Shown in pieces: positions 1 to 11,092 of a DNA stretch of 64,000 nt. Location: positions 2,088 to 66,087 of the forward strand of contig PBSN01000008.1 in NCBI GenBank assembly GCA_002726235.1, written 5' to 3'. Position 1 is the stretch's first letter, and each line of letters opens with the position of its first letter. The position numbers and the translations under genes are program-made. This DNA comes from Nitrospiraceae bacterium (GTDB lineage: Bacteria; Nitrospirota; Nitrospiria; Nitrospirales; UBA2166). The notes beneath the pieces were generated by a model that saw nothing but the letters and a program-made list of their open reading frames with translations, was not told the DNA's origin and searched no databases.

Positions 1-1299
1 TCTGGTAATGGCTTGACGAATCCACCAAGTGGCATAGGTGCTGAATTTGTATCCCCGCTGGTATTCAAACTTATCAACGGCCTTCATGAGGCCGATATTT
101 CCCTCCTGAATCAGATCGAGGAATTGGAGTCCACGGTTGGTGTATTTTTTCGCGATGCTGACGACCAGTCGAAGGTTGGCTTCGACGAGTTCACTTTTTC
201 CTTGCTTCGCGCGCCGATCTGCCGACTTGAGGCGGCTGCCAGCCTCTTTCAACTCATCAGCCGAAATCAATGTGGTCTCTTCCGTTGCTTTCCGTTTTTC
301 CATGGCCCGTTGATAGGTGGTTGCAATTCGGGTCAGGACGTCTTTGGAAAACTTGGAAAGGCTCTTGCGTTTTTGGGCGGCAACTAGGCCTTTTGGCCTC
401 TGGAGTTGCTCCAATAAACGGGCTCCCTTGTCCTTGTCACCTGAGACCCCAAGACGGGATCGGCAATGAGCGATCTCACGATCCGCTTTCTCCACTTCCA
501 CTGCCAGATTTTCTATTGAACCAATCAGTTTTTCACGAACCCGCGGATGGAGGTTCATTTCGCTCACCACCTGTGTGATCTTTTTGGTGATGGTAGCTAT
601 ACGTGTCTTGATCTGTCGCTTTTGTTCAATAGTCTTTGTGGTAGTGCTCCGAGTTGCCGCAATCTGAGTATTGAGCTTAGTGTGGAGTTTTTGAAGCTCG
701 AGCATTTTCTGGATGATGTGCTGTTTCAGGTCGGTGTCATCTTGTTGTTCCATGTCTTCATTGCCAAATGCATTATCGTTGACAGTCACGATTTCGCGGA
801 CGGTGAGTGTGTCGGATTTTAATTGATCACCAAAAAAGAGCAGGGTTTTTATGGTACTTGACATCCCAAAGACGATGGTCGAAATGTCCATTTGTCCCTG
901 CTCAATCCGTTTCGCAATGCCAATTTCCTCTGCGCGGTTCAACAGCGAGGTGGTGCCCATCTCTTTGAGATAGAGGCGCACTGGATCATCAGTACGTGTC
1001 AATATTCCCGGCGTTAGGTCAATATCTTTTTCTTCTTCCTCTGGCTCGGGGAAATCGCTGTTTGCTGAATTTTCAAGTTCTCCATCTTCGAGTGTCTTGG
1101 CATATTGGTTTTTCCTTTGTGAGGTATCATCGAATTCAATGTCTTTTCCGCTGAAGATGGCATCTAAATTATTTATGGGCGCAGATGGAGCCATATCCAT
1201 GGGTAACGTGCTGCCTAAGTCATCGTAGGTAAGGCCACGTTTCTTTCCTTTATTGCTCACAACGGTTCGATTTGCGCCATTTTGCCGATTGTGTGCCAT
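1..1299 (-). CDS. rpoD: RNA polymerase sigma-70 factor RpoD, 5' part only (about 433 codons; the 3' end lies beyond the left window edge)
   Basis: Not in the ORF track because no stop falls inside the window. The reverse frame is open from ATG 1299..1297 to base 1. My translation starts [28 protein letters not shown] and ends [64 protein letters not shown] (sigma-70 regions 1.2 to 2.4). It lies directly downstream of dnaG, as in the dnaG-rpoD operon. Confidence 0.92.
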   Translation of the reverse strand, partial: MAHNRQNGANRTVVSNKGKKRGLTYDDLGSTLPMDMAPSAPINNLDAIFSGKDIEFDDTSQRKNQYAKTLEDGELENSANSDFPEPEEEEKDIDLTPGILTRTDDPVRLYLKEMGTTSLLNRAEEIGIAKRIEQGQMDISTIVFGMSSTIKTLLFFGDQLKSDTLTVREIVTVNDNAFGNEDMEQQDDTDLKQHIIQKMLELQKLHTKLNTQIAATRSTTTKTIEQKRQIKTRIATITKKITQVVSEMNLHPRVREKLIGSIENLAVEVEKADREIAHCRSRLGVSGDKDKGARLLEQLQRPKGLVAAQKRKSLSKFSKDVLTRIATTYQRAMEKRKATEETTLISADELKEAGSRLKSADRRAKQGKSELVEANLRLVVSIAKKYTNRGLQFLDLIQEGNIGLMKAVDKFEYQRGYKFSTYATWWIRQAITR

Positions 1300-1324
1300 G
1301 GATATATGCCCCTCCTCGTTTAAG

Positions 1325-3145
1325 TTACTGCGCGTATGCGCTTTTCTCTTGCCGTAAGGCCTCGAGTTGAGTGTGCATGTCCTTAGTAGAGCATCCCTCA
1401 CGTTCCGCAATACGTATTTGCCGTGTGCGTTCACTGAACTGATTGTCTAGGTTGCGTGCTTTGATTCGTGACACGCACTCGCGTACGGCGCGCTCTATGG
1501 TGTGCTCTTCAAATTCTAGTGGGCGCAACGCCAATCGTGAGATTAAGGACTCATATTCAGGATTCCGTTCACCAAAGGAGACAAAGTGTTGTGTGTGGGT
1601 GAGGTGCTCGTTTTCCGGCATCGCTCGTGCCCAGCTAAACAGCGTCTGATAGTCACGATTCAAAAACTCACTCGCTTGGAGGTCGCCAAGCCATTCTGGG
1701 TTTACCTTGCCCTGGATGACAAGTTGAAGAAGCATTTCTTCCACTTGTCCACTCTGAGGGGAAGGAGGGGGTTCCGCTATTCGGCGGATGCGTTTTGCGG
1801 GTTTGTTTGTTTTTACCGAGGCAGCACGGTGTTGCATTCGCAATGCGTGTTCATCAATCCCAAGTCGCTCCGCGATCTGTTTAAGATAAAGACTTTGGTA
1901 GCTATCCGACGTTTTGGCGATGATCGCAAGTATGGTGTCGAGGCTTTCAACGTGTGCCTCAATGGATTGATCGGTAGCCTGCGAAAGGTTGTGCCGAATC
2001 ACAAAGTCGATGAGAGTTTCAGCGCCTTTCACTAACTGGTCAAAGGCGGCGGTGCCTTCTTCGCGGACGACAGTGTCCGGATCACGCTGATCAGGGAGCG
2101 TGACGACATCCACAGAGATTCCGCGTCCAGCAAAGAGGTCAAGCATTTCGACTGCTGCTGTTCGCAAGGCTGCCCGGATACCAGCCGTGTCAGGATCGAA
2201 GACGAGCTTCAGGTTTTTTGAAAAACGTTGTATCAACGGGAGATGTGAACTCGTTAGCGCGGTTCCAAGTGTTGCGACAACGTTCTGTATTCCTGCCTGA
2301 TGGAGAGCGATAACGTCAAAATAACCTTCGACCACCATAAGAGCGTTATGGCGAGTTGCTTCCGTCCTCGCTTTTTCCATGGCATAGAGCTGTTGGCTCT
2401 TATGGAAGAGGAGAGTTTCGGGAGAATTTAGATACTTGGGTTGGGTCTTGTCAAGCACGCGCCCTCCGAAAGCAATGACGCGGTTTTGGAGATCGAAAAT
2501 GGGGAAGATGATTCGGTCACGGAAACGATCGTAAACACCCGTTCGTTGTGCGCCATCTTGTGCATTGCGTGAAATGGCAACTCCAGCATCAACGAGGTCA
2601 TTATCGGTCCATCCTTTTGCGTGCATTGCTTTGGCAAGTGCATCCCACGATGGGCGGGCAAATCCCAGCCGAAAAGTCCGTATGGTCTCTTCTTGTATGG
2701 CCCGTGTATTCAAATATTCCATCCCTCGTTTTCCAAGCGAGTCGTGCCAGAGCGAAGTCTCAAAAAAATTGGCGACATCTTCGTTGAGTTGAATGAGGGT
2801 CTCGCGACGTCGTGCGATTTTGTCTCCTCCAGGGTGATCGCTTACGGAGGGAACATGAATGCCAACACGGTCAGCCACCTGCCTCACAGCAGAGGTAAAT
2901 GATTCCCCGTTTATTTTCATAATAAACGAAAAGATATCGCCTCCGGTTCCACAGCCAAAGCAGTGGAACATTTGGCGGGACGGACTTACTGTAAAGGAGG
3001 GAGTTTTTTCGCTGTGAAAGGGACATAGTCCCTTAAAATTTTGCCCAGCCTTATCGACGCGTAAATGGGCAGATACTATCTCAACAATATCGGCCCGTTC
3101 TCGAATGCGCTGGATGATGTCTTCAGGGATGATTCGTGGGTTCAC
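1325..3145 (-). CDS. dnaG: DNA primase DnaG
   Basis: 606-aa ORF with an N-terminal CHC2 zinc finger ([30 protein letters not shown]) and TOPRIM motifs ([17 protein letters not shown]). GTG start with GGAG 5 nt upstream. Confidence 0.95.
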   Translation of the reverse strand: MNPRIIPEDIIQRIRERADIVEIVSAHLRVDKAGQNFKGLCPFHSEKTPSFTVSPSRQMFHCFGCGTGGDIFSFIMKINGESFTSAVRQVADRVGIHVPSVSDHPGGDKIARRRETLIQLNEDVANFFETSLWHDSLGKRGMEYLNTRAIQEETIRTFRLGFARPSWDALAKAMHAKGWTDNDLVDAGVAISRNAQDGAQRTGVYDRFRDRIIFPIFDLQNRVIAFGGRVLDKTQPKYLNSPETLLFHKSQQLYAMEKARTEATRHNALMVVEGYFDVIALHQAGIQNVVATLGTALTSSHLPLIQRFSKNLKLVFDPDTAGIRAALRTAAVEMLDLFAGRGISVDVVTLPDQRDPDTVVREEGTAAFDQLVKGAETLIDFVIRHNLSQATDQSIEAHVESLDTILAIIAKTSDSYQSLYLKQIAERLGIDEHALRMQHRAASVKTNKPAKRIRRIAEPPPSPQSGQVEEMLLQLVIQGKVNPEWLGDLQASEFLNRDYQTLFSWARAMPENEHLTHTQHFVSFGERNPEYESLISRLALRPLEFEEHTIERAVRECVSRIKARNLDNQFSERTRQIRIAEREGCSTKDMHTQLEALRQEKSAYAQ

Positions 3146-3181
3146 CGATACTCCTATCCCAAGAGTAAATACAACCGACCA

Positions 3182-3211
3182 ATGATATCAAGCAGCAAAC
3201 TTTTCTGTCAA
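3182..3211 (-). promoter_or_regulatory. Candidate sigma-70 promoter upstream of dnaG (TTGACA-N18-TATCAT on the minus strand)
   Basis: The plus strand reads ATGATA at 3182-3187 and TGTCAA at 3206-3211. On the minus strand this is TTGACA, an 18-nt spacer, then TATCAT, about 35 nt upstream of the dnaG start. Motif match only. Confidence 0.25.
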
Positions 3212-3401
3212 AACATGTTGACTCGTCCAAGAGCGTTGCAGGGTGTCAAAAACGATCCCCTTGATGAGTGCGCTATCGTCACAACTGTTCGCAGGATGGT
3301 TCCAAGAGAGGTTGCCGCAACACGAGGAGGTGAGTATCGTTGCGGTACGTTGAGGCTTGGAGAAATGGCGAGGACTCTAGTTTCAACATCCTGCTAGTTT
3401 C

Positions 3402-3746
3402 TCAACCGGGGGGCCATCCCATTTGGCGCCCTCCCAAGACGTGGAAATGAAGATGGTTGACGGTTTGGCCGCCGTTTTTCCCAGTATTCAAAACGTATCG
3501 GTACCCTTCCTCACAGATTCCTGTGAGTGAGGCCACTTGCTGGCAAAGGCCCATGAGGTGACCAAAGATAGCGATATCGTTTTCTCCGAGCTCTCTTGCA
3601 GAAGCTACATGTTGTTTTGGTACGACCAAAAAATGAGTGGGTGCCTGGGGATTGATATCGTTAAATGCGACTCCAATTTCGTCTTCTAGCAAAAAGTTTG
3701 TGCGATGAGGGTTTTCAATTAGTTGGCAAAAAATGCATTCAGTCAT
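3402..3746 (-). CDS. HIT-family (HinT-like) nucleotide hydrolase
   Basis: Histidine triad HLHFHVLGG near the C-terminus, and typical N-terminus [11 protein letters not shown] moved the start to ATG 3746 (M37 of the track ORF). That start overlaps the hisIE stop by 8 nt (ATGACTGA). Confidence 0.88.
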   Translation of the reverse strand: MTECIFCQLIENPHRTNFLLEDEIGVAFNDINPQAPTHFLVVPKQHVASARELGENDIAIFGHLMGLCQQVASLTGICEEGYRYVLNTGKNGGQTVNHLHFHVLGGRQMGWPPG

Positions 3747-4446
3747 GTGTGCCCTCGTTCTTGTACCCGTCTTTCCGATGACCAGATATACCGTATCGGT
3801 TGGCAAGTTCTTGATAGAGTTCTTGAGGAGGAATGTCATGAAACCCCAAGACAATAAGCACGTGAAAAAGCAGGTCGGAGGTTTCAGCGATGATCTCGCT
3901 GCGGTTTTGGTTTTTTGATCCGAGGATCATTTCCCCAGCTTCTTCCGTGATTTTTTTGAGAATTCGATCTTGCCCTGCCTGCATTAAGGTCGACACATAC
4001 GATCGAGCGTTCGGATGTTTCCGGCGGTTTACGATGATGTCATAAAGACGATCAATCACACCTCCACGTACGTGTGGTAATGCGTTATCTGTAGATTCTT
4101 TCGCGGCAGGCCAAGCGAGCGAAAAGAAACATGATGGTTCGCCGGTATGGCATGCGGGTCCCATTGGTTCAACCTTGACAACCAATGTATCGTGATCGCA
4201 ATCTACGAACAGCTCGCGCACTTGCTGATAGTGTCCAGATGTCGCTCCCTTTTCCCATAGTTCCTGGCGAGAACGACTCCAAAAATGGACGTGTTTGGTT
4301 TCGATCGTTTTATTTATGGCCTCCCGATTCATGTAGGCCATCATCAAAATTGTCCCATCCCGCCAATCTTGGATGATTGCAGGAATCAATCCTTGTGCAT
4401 CATAGGTGAGTGATTCCATATTAATCGGCATGGTTGTATTCTTCAT
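3739..4446 (-). CDS. hisI: Bifunctional phosphoribosyl-AMP cyclohydrolase / phosphoribosyl-ATP pyrophosphatase HisIE
   Basis: HisI core ([39 protein letters not shown]) followed by a HisE-like C-terminal half ([12 protein letters not shown] ... EEAGE ... [10 protein letters not shown]). The start is ambiguous. ATG 4446 overlaps hisF by 26 nt, and ATG 4419 lies 1 nt after the hisF TAA. Confidence 0.9.
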   Translation of the reverse strand: MKNTTMPINMESLTYDAQGLIPAIIQDWRDGTILMMAYMNREAINKTIETKHVHFWSRSRQELWEKGATSGHYQQVRELFVDCDHDTLVVKVEPMGPACHTGEPSCFFSLAWPAAKESTDNALPHVRGGVIDRLYDIIVNRRKHPNARSYVSTLMQAGQDRILKKITEEAGEMILGSKNQNRSEIIAETSDLLFHVLIVLGFHDIPPQELYQELANRYGISGHRKDGYKNEGTHD

Positions 4447-5233
4447 TCAATCTGACCAGAATGTGGTTCGCATGCAGATAGGCTTTGGCTTCTTGAACAG
4501 TATGCTGACCGTAGTGAAAAATTGACGCAACCAGAACGGCATCGGCTTTTCCCTTCTTGAGTCCGTCAGCAAGATGGTTCAGACTCCCAGCTCCTCCAGA
4601 GGCGATAACTGGGATTGTCACAGCTTCTGAAACCGCGGCTGTGAGTTCCAGGTCGTATCCTTCGCCTGTCCCATCGCGATCCATGCTGGTTAAAAGAATT
4701 TCACCGGCCCCATATTCTTTCACCGTTTGTGCCCACTCAATGACATCATGGCCGCTTGGTTTCCGTCCACCATGAGTGAAGACCTGCCATGATCGTTGGT
4801 TTGCTTCCCCGTGAGCGGAGTCGGGTTGGGATTGGCGTTTCGCATCGATTGCAACAACAATACATTGTGTGCCGAATCGCCCCGCGGCTTCTCGTATCAA
4901 TTCAGGGTTTTTCACCGCAGCCGTATTGATACTGACCTTGTCAGCCCCAGCTTTCAAAAGAGCACGAATGTCATCGGATGTGCGAATGCCGCCCCCTACA
5001 GTCAAGGGCATAAAAATCTTCTCCGCGGTTCGCGTGACGATATCAATAATTGTCGACCGACCTTCGTGTGAGGCAGTAATGTCGAGAAAACATAACTCGT
5101 CGGCTCCATCGCGGTCGTATATCGCTGCTACTTCAACAGGGTCGCCGGCATCCCTGAGATGCTCAAATGAGACTCCCTTGACAACTCGCCCATCCTTGAC
5201 ATCGAGACATGGAATAATGCGTTTCGCGATCAT
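4421..5233 (-). CDS. hisF: Imidazole glycerol phosphate synthase cyclase subunit HisF
   Basis: [21 protein letters not shown]-terminus, [11 protein letters not shown] and ASGGAG motifs. Embedded in the his operon. Confidence 0.95.
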   Translation of the reverse strand: MIAKRIIPCLDVKDGRVVKGVSFEHLRDAGDPVEVAAIYDRDGADELCFLDITASHEGRSTIIDIVTRTAEKIFMPLTVGGGIRTSDDIRALLKAGADKVSINTAAVKNPELIREAAGRFGTQCIVVAIDAKRQSQPDSAHGEANQRSWQVFTHGGRKPSGHDVIEWAQTVKEYGAGEILLTSMDRDGTGEGYDLELTAAVSEAVTIPVIASGGAGSLNHLADGLKKGKADAVLVASIFHYGQHTVQEAKAYLHANHILVRLNEEYNHAD

Positions 5234-5991
5234 GGTAATTGTGTTGAACTGTCTACTTGAGATGGGGAGGCTGGGTTGAGGGTTGCAATCGCTTTCGACA
5301 GATCAATGTTTCCATCATATAGTGCTTTTCCAACGATGACCCCTGTGACGGATGGAACATTGAACTGTAGGGCAAGAAGATCATCAATTCCCGACACTCC
5401 TCCGGACACGATGAGGGGGATATTTGTTGCTATCGTGATATCCCGAATCGCATCGATATTGGGCCCGGTTTTCATCCCGTCACGACTGATATCGGTAAAG
5501 ACTACCGCGGCTAGTGCACAATCATCAAGTTTGTTGAGGACGGTAAGGGGGGTGACTGTCGATTGCTCTACCCAACCTTGCCATGCCACATAGCCGTCTT
5601 TTACATCAAGGCTGATGATGATGCGGTGTGGGAAATGGGTACATGCTTCTCTGATAATGGAGGGTTTCATGACGGCAGTGGTGCCGAGGATGACCCACTG
5701 TACACCCATATCGAGATAGGTGCTGATTGTGGAAATGTCACGGATGCCTCCGCCGACTTCAACGGGAATTTTGAGTGTGGAAACGATTTCCTGAATCTCC
5801 TTGAGATGACGTGGCTTGCCGTCCACTGCTCCATTGAGGTCGACCAGATGAAGCCGTTGTGCGCCTTGAGTTTCCCATTGTGTTGCCATCATCACCGGAT
5901 TATCTGAATACACGGTTTCAGCACTCAGGTCTCCCTGACGCAACCGAACGCATCGCCCATCTTTGATGTCAATGGCTGGAATGATTACCAT
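5230..5991 (-). CDS. hisA: ProFAR isomerase HisA
   Basis: [22 protein letters not shown]-terminus and the (beta-alpha)8 HisA/HisF family pattern ([15 protein letters not shown]). Its stop overlaps the hisF start by 4 nt. Confidence 0.93.
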   Translation of the reverse strand: MVIIPAIDIKDGRCVRLRQGDLSAETVYSDNPVMMATQWETQGAQRLHLVDLNGAVDGKPRHLKEIQEIVSTLKIPVEVGGGIRDISTISTYLDMGVQWVILGTTAVMKPSIIREACTHFPHRIIISLDVKDGYVAWQGWVEQSTVTPLTVLNKLDDCALAAVVFTDISRDGMKTGPNIDAIRDITIATNIPLIVSGGVSGIDDLLALQFNVPSVTGVIVGKALYDGNIDLSKAIATLNPASPSQVDSSTQLP

Positions 5992-5995
5992 GATG

Positions 5996-6661
5996 TTACT
6001 CCCATCCCTGAGCTAGAACCTGTTTGATTCCGTCCTCGGCAAGCTCCTTGGCTGTGAGCCAACGCCGGCGCTGAAGAAAGCCCTGGAGATCAGATGTCAT
6101 GGGACGTTGGGTCTCAAAGAAGTGTCCCACCCATAGGGTGCTCCCATCACGCACACTCACCAGCCGTGTTTCAAACCCAACAGAGGCTGGCTGACTGATG
6201 CCTACCGCATTGCCAACACGATCTTGATATTGACTTACGCTGCCAAGCAAAATCGTGTTGGCTTCAAGCACCTCTCCGATCTTTCTGGCGATGGTATATG
6301 AGGGGTCTTTGTTGAGAGGTGGGAGTGTGAACTCATTGACCGCAATTTTGACTTTGTCGGGTGGAATTAGAGAGACCGAGAATTTTTTGCGGAGGTTCTT
6401 GTAAAATAGATCTGTCATCGTAGCGGGTGCAGTTGGATCGACGACACTGTTGCTCAGTAGAAATTGGCGCGTGGAATATTCCGATGAGTCAAGCTGAAAA
6501 GGCAGAATTGCGATTGGTGGGATTACCTTCCCGCGGAAGTCTGGTGATGTGACGATCTGGACTGTGGAAGGGCTGCATGCACAGACCACAATCGCAAGTG
6601 CCGTGACTACCCACGTTCTCAGGTGAGAAGCGAAAAGTTCTTGAGGATTTGTATGCCCCAT
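5996..6661 (-). CDS. Hypothetical lipoprotein (LpoB / DUF799-like architecture) embedded in the his operon
   Basis: 221-aa ORF with a signal peptide plus a lipobox-like VVCAC|S (WVVTALAIVVCACSPS). The C-terminal part (ARKIGEVLEANTILLGSVSQYQDR ... LVSVRDGSTLWVGHF) resembles small periplasmic lipoproteins of the LpoB/DUF799 type. Family assignment is from memory only. ATG 6661 overlaps the hisH 3' end by 43 nt, and the stop lies 4 nt before the hisA start. Confidence 0.7.
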   Translation of the reverse strand: MGHTNPQELFASHLRTWVVTALAIVVCACSPSTVQIVTSPDFRGKVIPPIAILPFQLDSSEYSTRQFLLSNSVVDPTAPATMTDLFYKNLRKKFSVSLIPPDKVKIAVNEFTLPPLNKDPSYTIARKIGEVLEANTILLGSVSQYQDRVGNAVGISQPASVGFETRLVSVRDGSTLWVGHFFETQRPMTSDLQGFLQRRRWLTAKELAEDGIKQVLAQGWE

Positions 6662-7242
6662 CTTTGGCTCTTTTCAGGGTGGAACTGGCAGGCAAACAGG
6701 TTGTCTTTCCAAATCCCAGAGGCAAATGACGCGCCGTAGTCCGTTACGGTTCCGATAATGGTTTGATCATCAGGCTTCACGTAAAACGAGTGCACAAAAT
6801 AGAAATACGTTCCATCTGGGATGCCCTGAAAAATTGGCATGGGGTTCGTAAACCTGATTTGATTCCAACCCATATGGGGGATTTTCATGGTTGTTTCGGT
6901 GGAGCGAAATTTTACAACATGGCCTGGCAAAATATCTAGGCCATAGTGTACTCCGAACTCCTCACTTTTCGTAAAGAGGAGTTGGAGACCAAGGCAAATA
7001 CCGAGAAACGGTTTTCCCACTTTGATTGTTTTGCGGACAGAAGAGGCCAGCCCAAATCGTTCCAGATTTTGCATGCAGTTACCAAACGCGCCAACTCCGG
7101 GGAGAACGACATGACTGGCATCGTCAATGACCTGAGTACTGCGTGTGATGGTTGCAGAACATCCGATTGCCTCAAACGCTTTCTGAACACTCCGGAGATT
7201 CCCCATTTCATAGTCGATGATGGCGATGGTCGCCTGGCTCAT
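6619..7242 (-). CDS. hisH: Imidazole glycerol phosphate synthase glutamine amidotransferase subunit HisH
   Basis: Class I GATase motifs: LPGVGAFG, catalytic Cys in GICLGLQLL, and FHPEKS near the C-terminus. Confidence 0.95.
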   Translation of the reverse strand: MSQATIAIIDYEMGNLRSVQKAFEAIGCSATITRSTQVIDDASHVVLPGVGAFGNCMQNLERFGLASSVRKTIKVGKPFLGICLGLQLLFTKSEEFGVHYGLDILPGHVVKFRSTETTMKIPHMGWNQIRFTNPMPIFQGIPDGTYFYFVHSFYVKPDDQTIIGTVTDYGASFASGIWKDNLFACQFHPEKSQRWGIQILKNFSLLT

Positions 7243-7833
7243 CTAGAGGGATCCCTTTGTGGATGGAATTCCTTGTATACGGTGATCTTCACTGGCGGCG
7301 TGCTCGATCGCTTTTGCCATACCCTTGAAGATGGCTTCCATGATGTGGTGAGAATTTCGACCATAGGGCACAGTAATATGCAGAGTGATGGCAGCGTTGA
7401 CGACGAACGCGCGGAAAAACTCTTCAAATAAATTTAGATCTAAATCTTTGATTCGTGGTTGAGGCAGGGGAACCTGATACAGGAGATAGGGTCTACCGCT
7501 AATGTCTAGCGTAATGTGCGCCAACGACTCATCGAGAGGAACGGCTAAAGACGCAAAGCGTCGGATTCCTTTTTTTTCGCCTAGGGCCTTGCGAAAGGCG
7601 TCGCCTAACGTAATCCCAATGTCTTCGATCAGGTGATGATCGTCGATCTTGGTATCGCCAGAAGCCCTTAGCGTCAAATTCAGGAGTGCATGTTTCGCCA
7701 AAATAGTCAGCATATGATCTAGAAATGGTATCGTTGTCTGAACATCGCTTGTGCCGGTCCCATCAATGACGATGTCTAGGGTGATGCTTGTTTCGGTGGT
7801 TGTTCTCTCCACATGAGCCTGGCGCAATGGCAT
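7243..7833 (-). CDS. hisB: Imidazoleglycerol-phosphate dehydratase HisB (monofunctional)
   Basis: 196 aa with ERTTTETSI, IPFLDHML, DDHHLIEDIGI and NSHHIMEA motifs typical of IGPD. Confidence 0.95.
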   Translation of the reverse strand: MPLRQAHVERTTTETSITLDIVIDGTGTSDVQTTIPFLDHMLTILAKHALLNLTLRASGDTKIDDHHLIEDIGITLGDAFRKALGEKKGIRRFASLAVPLDESLAHITLDISGRPYLLYQVPLPQPRIKDLDLNLFEEFFRAFVVNAAITLHITVPYGRNSHHIMEAIFKGMAKAIEHAASEDHRIQGIPSTKGSL

Positions 7834-7838
7834 GACGT

Positions 7839-9125
7839 TTACCTCGTTCGTACCTCAACACATCGTGCGTGTGCGGTTAGTCCTTCCATGCTCGCCATTC
7901 TCACGACGTGATCCTTGGCTCGCGATACATCACCTTTGCCATAGGAAACGAAGTTGACCCACTTCGTAAAGTCCTGAACGGAGAGGCCGGAGGAGAATCG
8001 TGCAGTTCCGCCAGTTGGGAGGACATGGTTTGGGCCGGCGACGTAGTCCCCGATTGCTGGTGGGGTTTGCTCTCCAAGGAAGACCACCCCAGTATGGTGA
8101 ATTTCTTCAATCAACTCAAAGGGCGTCGCGACGTGAAGTCCCATGTGTTCGGGCGCGATGAGGTTTCCTAATTCGATAGCGTGATCCATGTCTCGTACCA
8201 CGATGACTGCACCGTGCCGGTTTACCGCACGTGTTGCAATGGTGCGGCGGGATAATGATTTGAGTTGTTTTTCAACGTGACGAATGACCGTGTTCGCAAG
8301 GGTTGTAGACGGCGTGAGGAGTACGACGGTTGCCGCTTCGTCATGTTCGGCTTCGCACAGCAAATCTGCCGCAATATATTCGGCATTGGCATTGGCGTCG
8401 GCAATGATTAAAAGTTCGCTGGGTCCGGCAATGCTGTCGATTCCCACGTGCCCAAATACTAGGCGCTTTGCCGTTGCGACATAGAGGTTACCGGGACCGA
8501 CAACCTTGTCGACTTTCGGGAGCATTTTCGTCCCATACGCCATGGCTCCGATGGCCTGAACTCCACCAATTCTGTACAGCTCATCCACGCCTGCGATGTC
8601 CGCCGCAACCAAGAGATATGGACTTATCTCGCCTTTGCGGGAGGGAGTACACATCACCACACGTTTGACCCCAGCTACTTTTGCTGGAATCGCATTCATG
8701 AGGGCAGAAGAGGGATAGATCGCTTTTCCTCCGGGTACATATAACCCGACGCTGTCGAGAGGGACGCTCATCCGGCCAAGTTTGATGCCATCCTCTTGAT
8801 ACATCATGGTGTTGGGTGTCTGACGTTCGTGGAAGGCGCGTATTCGTTTTTCAACGTGTCGTAGTGTGTCGCCTTCATCTTTGCGGATATGGTAATACGC
8901 TTCTTTGATTTGATCCTTGCTGATGCGGAAGGTCGTTGGTTTCAGATTCGCGCGATCGTATTGCAGGGTGTAGCGGGCTACGGCTCGATCACCCGTTCGT
9001 TGCACTGCCTGCAAAATCCGTTTCACAGATGCCTCTATTGCTGGGCTTGCTAACTGTGATCGGTTGCAGAGCCGTTGAACAGTCGTCTTAAACCCGCGGT
9101 CCGAAAAGGACACCAATTTCATCAT
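7839..9125 (-). CDS. hisD: Histidinol dehydrogenase HisD
   Basis: 428 aa with YVPGGKAIYPSS, IAGPSE, EAEHD and GDYVAGPNHVLPT motifs. Confidence 0.95.
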   Translation of the reverse strand: MMKLVSFSDRGFKTTVQRLCNRSQLASPAIEASVKRILQAVQRTGDRAVARYTLQYDRANLKPTTFRISKDQIKEAYYHIRKDEGDTLRHVEKRIRAFHERQTPNTMMYQEDGIKLGRMSVPLDSVGLYVPGGKAIYPSSALMNAIPAKVAGVKRVVMCTPSRKGEISPYLLVAADIAGVDELYRIGGVQAIGAMAYGTKMLPKVDKVVGPGNLYVATAKRLVFGHVGIDSIAGPSELLIIADANANAEYIAADLLCEAEHDEAATVVLLTPSTTLANTVIRHVEKQLKSLSRRTIATRAVNRHGAVIVVRDMDHAIELGNLIAPEHMGLHVATPFELIEEIHHTGVVFLGEQTPPAIGDYVAGPNHVLPTGGTARFSSGLSVQDFTKWVNFVSYGKGDVSRAKDHVVRMASMEGLTAHARCVEVRTR

Positions 9126-9778
9126 AGCGACCCTCGCTGTACCTCAGTTTTGAGGAGGTTGATCAAGTTGAGCACACGCTGGTGTTTGAGCGCAAGGCTT
9201 GCGCGGTTTACAATCAGGCGTGCGCTTGATTCAGCCACTGTTTCTATAGGAACCAGCTTATGCGCGTGTAGGGTTTTGCCGGTGGACACAAGGTCAACAA
9301 TCCGCTCGGAAAGCCCAACTAACGGTGCTAGTTCAATGGATCCATAGAGTTTTACCACCTCCACAGATTCCCCCTTTCGACTAAAATATTGTTCCGTAAT
9401 GTTCGGATATTTGGTCGCGATCCTGAACGAAGGGCCCACGTCCTCTCTTGGAATTATTTCCTGTGGTCCAGCAAGCACAACCTTACATTGTCCAAACTTG
9501 AGATCCAATGGTTCGTACACATCCGATGCCTGCTCAAGAAGCACATCTTTGCCGGCAATGCCGACATCGGCTGATCCGTATTCCACATAGGTGGGCACAT
9601 CCGTAGGTCGGATGATCAAAAATGTTGTGTCGCATGACGGGTTCTCAAAGATTAAACTTCGTGAATTTGTCGATTGGGTTGGAACCGAAATACCAACACG
9701 GGCCAGCAGGTCTATAGCCGATGAAAGGAGTTTGCCCTTTGACAACGCGATGGTGAGGATATCACAGTCCCTAGGCAT
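9122..9778 (-). CDS. hisG: ATP phosphoribosyltransferase HisG, short form
   Basis: I chose ATG 9778 ([17 protein letters not shown]), which overlaps the murA stop by 8 nt (ATGCCTAG). That gives about 218 aa with no C-terminal regulatory domain. The track start 9832 would overlap murA by 62 nt. Confidence 0.9.
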   Translation of the reverse strand: MPRDCDILTIALSKGKLLSSAIDLLARVGISVPTQSTNSRSLIFENPSCDTTFLIIRPTDVPTYVEYGSADVGIAGKDVLLEQASDVYEPLDLKFGQCKVVLAGPQEIIPREDVGPSFRIATKYPNITEQYFSRKGESVEVVKLYGSIELAPLVGLSERIVDLVSTGKTLHAHKLVPIETVAESSARLIVNRASLALKHQRVLNLINLLKTEVQRGSL

Positions 9779-11039
9779 TGTTGCCTTTGACACGACGGAC
9801 GTTGGCGCCGAGTGTTTTGAGGTTGATTTCAATGCGTTCGTATCCGCGGTCTACATGATATACCCGTGAAATGACAGTTTTGTCATCTGCCGCAAGACTG
9901 GCAATGATTAGTGCCGCCCCTCCTCGAAGATCCGACGCCATAACTGGTGCGCCGCTGAGTTTGTCTACCCCGGTGATTGTGGCTTGATTTCCGTTTGTGG
10001 TGATATTAGCGCCCATTCGGCGAAGTTCCGAGACATGAGTCAAGCGATTCTCAAACACCGTTTCCGTGACCAGACTCACGCCATTGGCTAGTGACAAGAG
10101 CGGAGTCATCTGAGCTTGCAGGTCGGTTGGAAATGCAGGAGAGGGACCCGTGGTCACATCGACGGAGGATGCTCGCCGATCCATTTTGACGCGGATACTT
10201 CCGTGCTTTCTGCTGATCTTTGCGCCGGTAGCGTGGAGCATCGTACAGAGGTCATCAAGAAGTTGTGGTGATGTTAAGCGAACCGTCACATCACCTTGGG
10301 TGATGGCACCAGCAATTAAGTACGTTCCAGCCTCTATCCGATCTGCCATGATTTTGTGTGGGTGTTCATGATCGTTGAGAACTTCTACTCCCTCAATCGT
10401 GATGGTGTTCGTTCCACATCCTTGAATGCGGGCTCCGCGCTTTACCAAAAATGCGGCGAGGTCTGCTACTTCAGGCTCGCGCGCAGCGTTATCAATTACC
10501 GTTACCCCCTTGGCTAATACCGCTGCCATCATGAGATTCTCTGTTCCAGTGACCGACGACGGCTCCATCGAGATTCGTGTCCCTTTGAGGCGTCTCGCCT
10601 TCACATGGATACTTCCACGTTGAATGCACACTTCCGCGCCTAATGCACGCAATCCGTCGATGTGCAGGTTAACCGGTCGGCTCCCAATTGAGCAACCTCC
10701 TGGCAGTGGAACGATGGCCTCTCCCCCACGCGCAACCAGTGGCCCGAGTACGAGGATAGACGCTCGCATGGTGCTGACCAGCGAATATGGGGCTTCATGG
10801 GTCTGAAGCGCTTCAGTCTTGATCAGCAGGCGGTTGCCATCCCAGTTGGTCGTCGTTCCGAGCACACCAAGGAGCTGGTACATTGTTCTCACATCCCCTA
10901 CATCTGGTACATTTTCCAGGACACATGTATGAGGGCTTAGGAGTGATGAGACGAGGATAGGAAGGGCCGCATTTTTTGCTCCGCTAACTTGGATCTCGCC
11001 AGAAAGCCGCTGGCCTCCTTCAACGACTAGTCTGTCCAT
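9771..11039 (-). CDS. murA: UDP-N-acetylglucosamine 1-carboxyvinyltransferase MurA
   Basis: 422 aa with [12 protein letters not shown], a [10 protein letters not shown] catalytic Cys loop and a VDRGYE C-terminal motif. AAGGAGG SD upstream. Confidence 0.95.
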   Translation of the reverse strand: MDRLVVEGGQRLSGEIQVSGAKNAALPILVSSLLSPHTCVLENVPDVGDVRTMYQLLGVLGTTTNWDGNRLLIKTEALQTHEAPYSLVSTMRASILVLGPLVARGGEAIVPLPGGCSIGSRPVNLHIDGLRALGAEVCIQRGSIHVKARRLKGTRISMEPSSVTGTENLMMAAVLAKGVTVIDNAAREPEVADLAAFLVKRGARIQGCGTNTITIEGVEVLNDHEHPHKIMADRIEAGTYLIAGAITQGDVTVRLTSPQLLDDLCTMLHATGAKISRKHGSIRVKMDRRASSVDVTTGPSPAFPTDLQAQMTPLLSLANGVSLVTETVFENRLTHVSELRRMGANITTNGNQATITGVDKLSGAPVMASDLRGGAALIIASLAADDKTVISRVYHVDRGYERIEINLKTLGANVRRVKGNNA

Positions 11040-11092
11040 CCATCCTCCTTAATCGCAAATCGTGGCCATGATACTGGATGGGGAAAGGATGT

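Noticed and set aside
13-822. Three plus-strand ORFs (124, 102 and 91 aa) at the left edge
   Set aside because: They are antisense to the strongly supported rpoD reading frame, which is open to the window edge and therefore missing from the ORF track. Their translations are low-complexity with no recognisable motifs.
3146-3401. Looked for rpsU (S21) upstream of dnaG, as in the classic rpsU-dnaG-rpoD operon
   Set aside because: The minus-strand frames in this 256-nt gap are interrupted by stops. The longest ATG ORF is about 36 codons and is not S21-like. I report only a weak promoter match.
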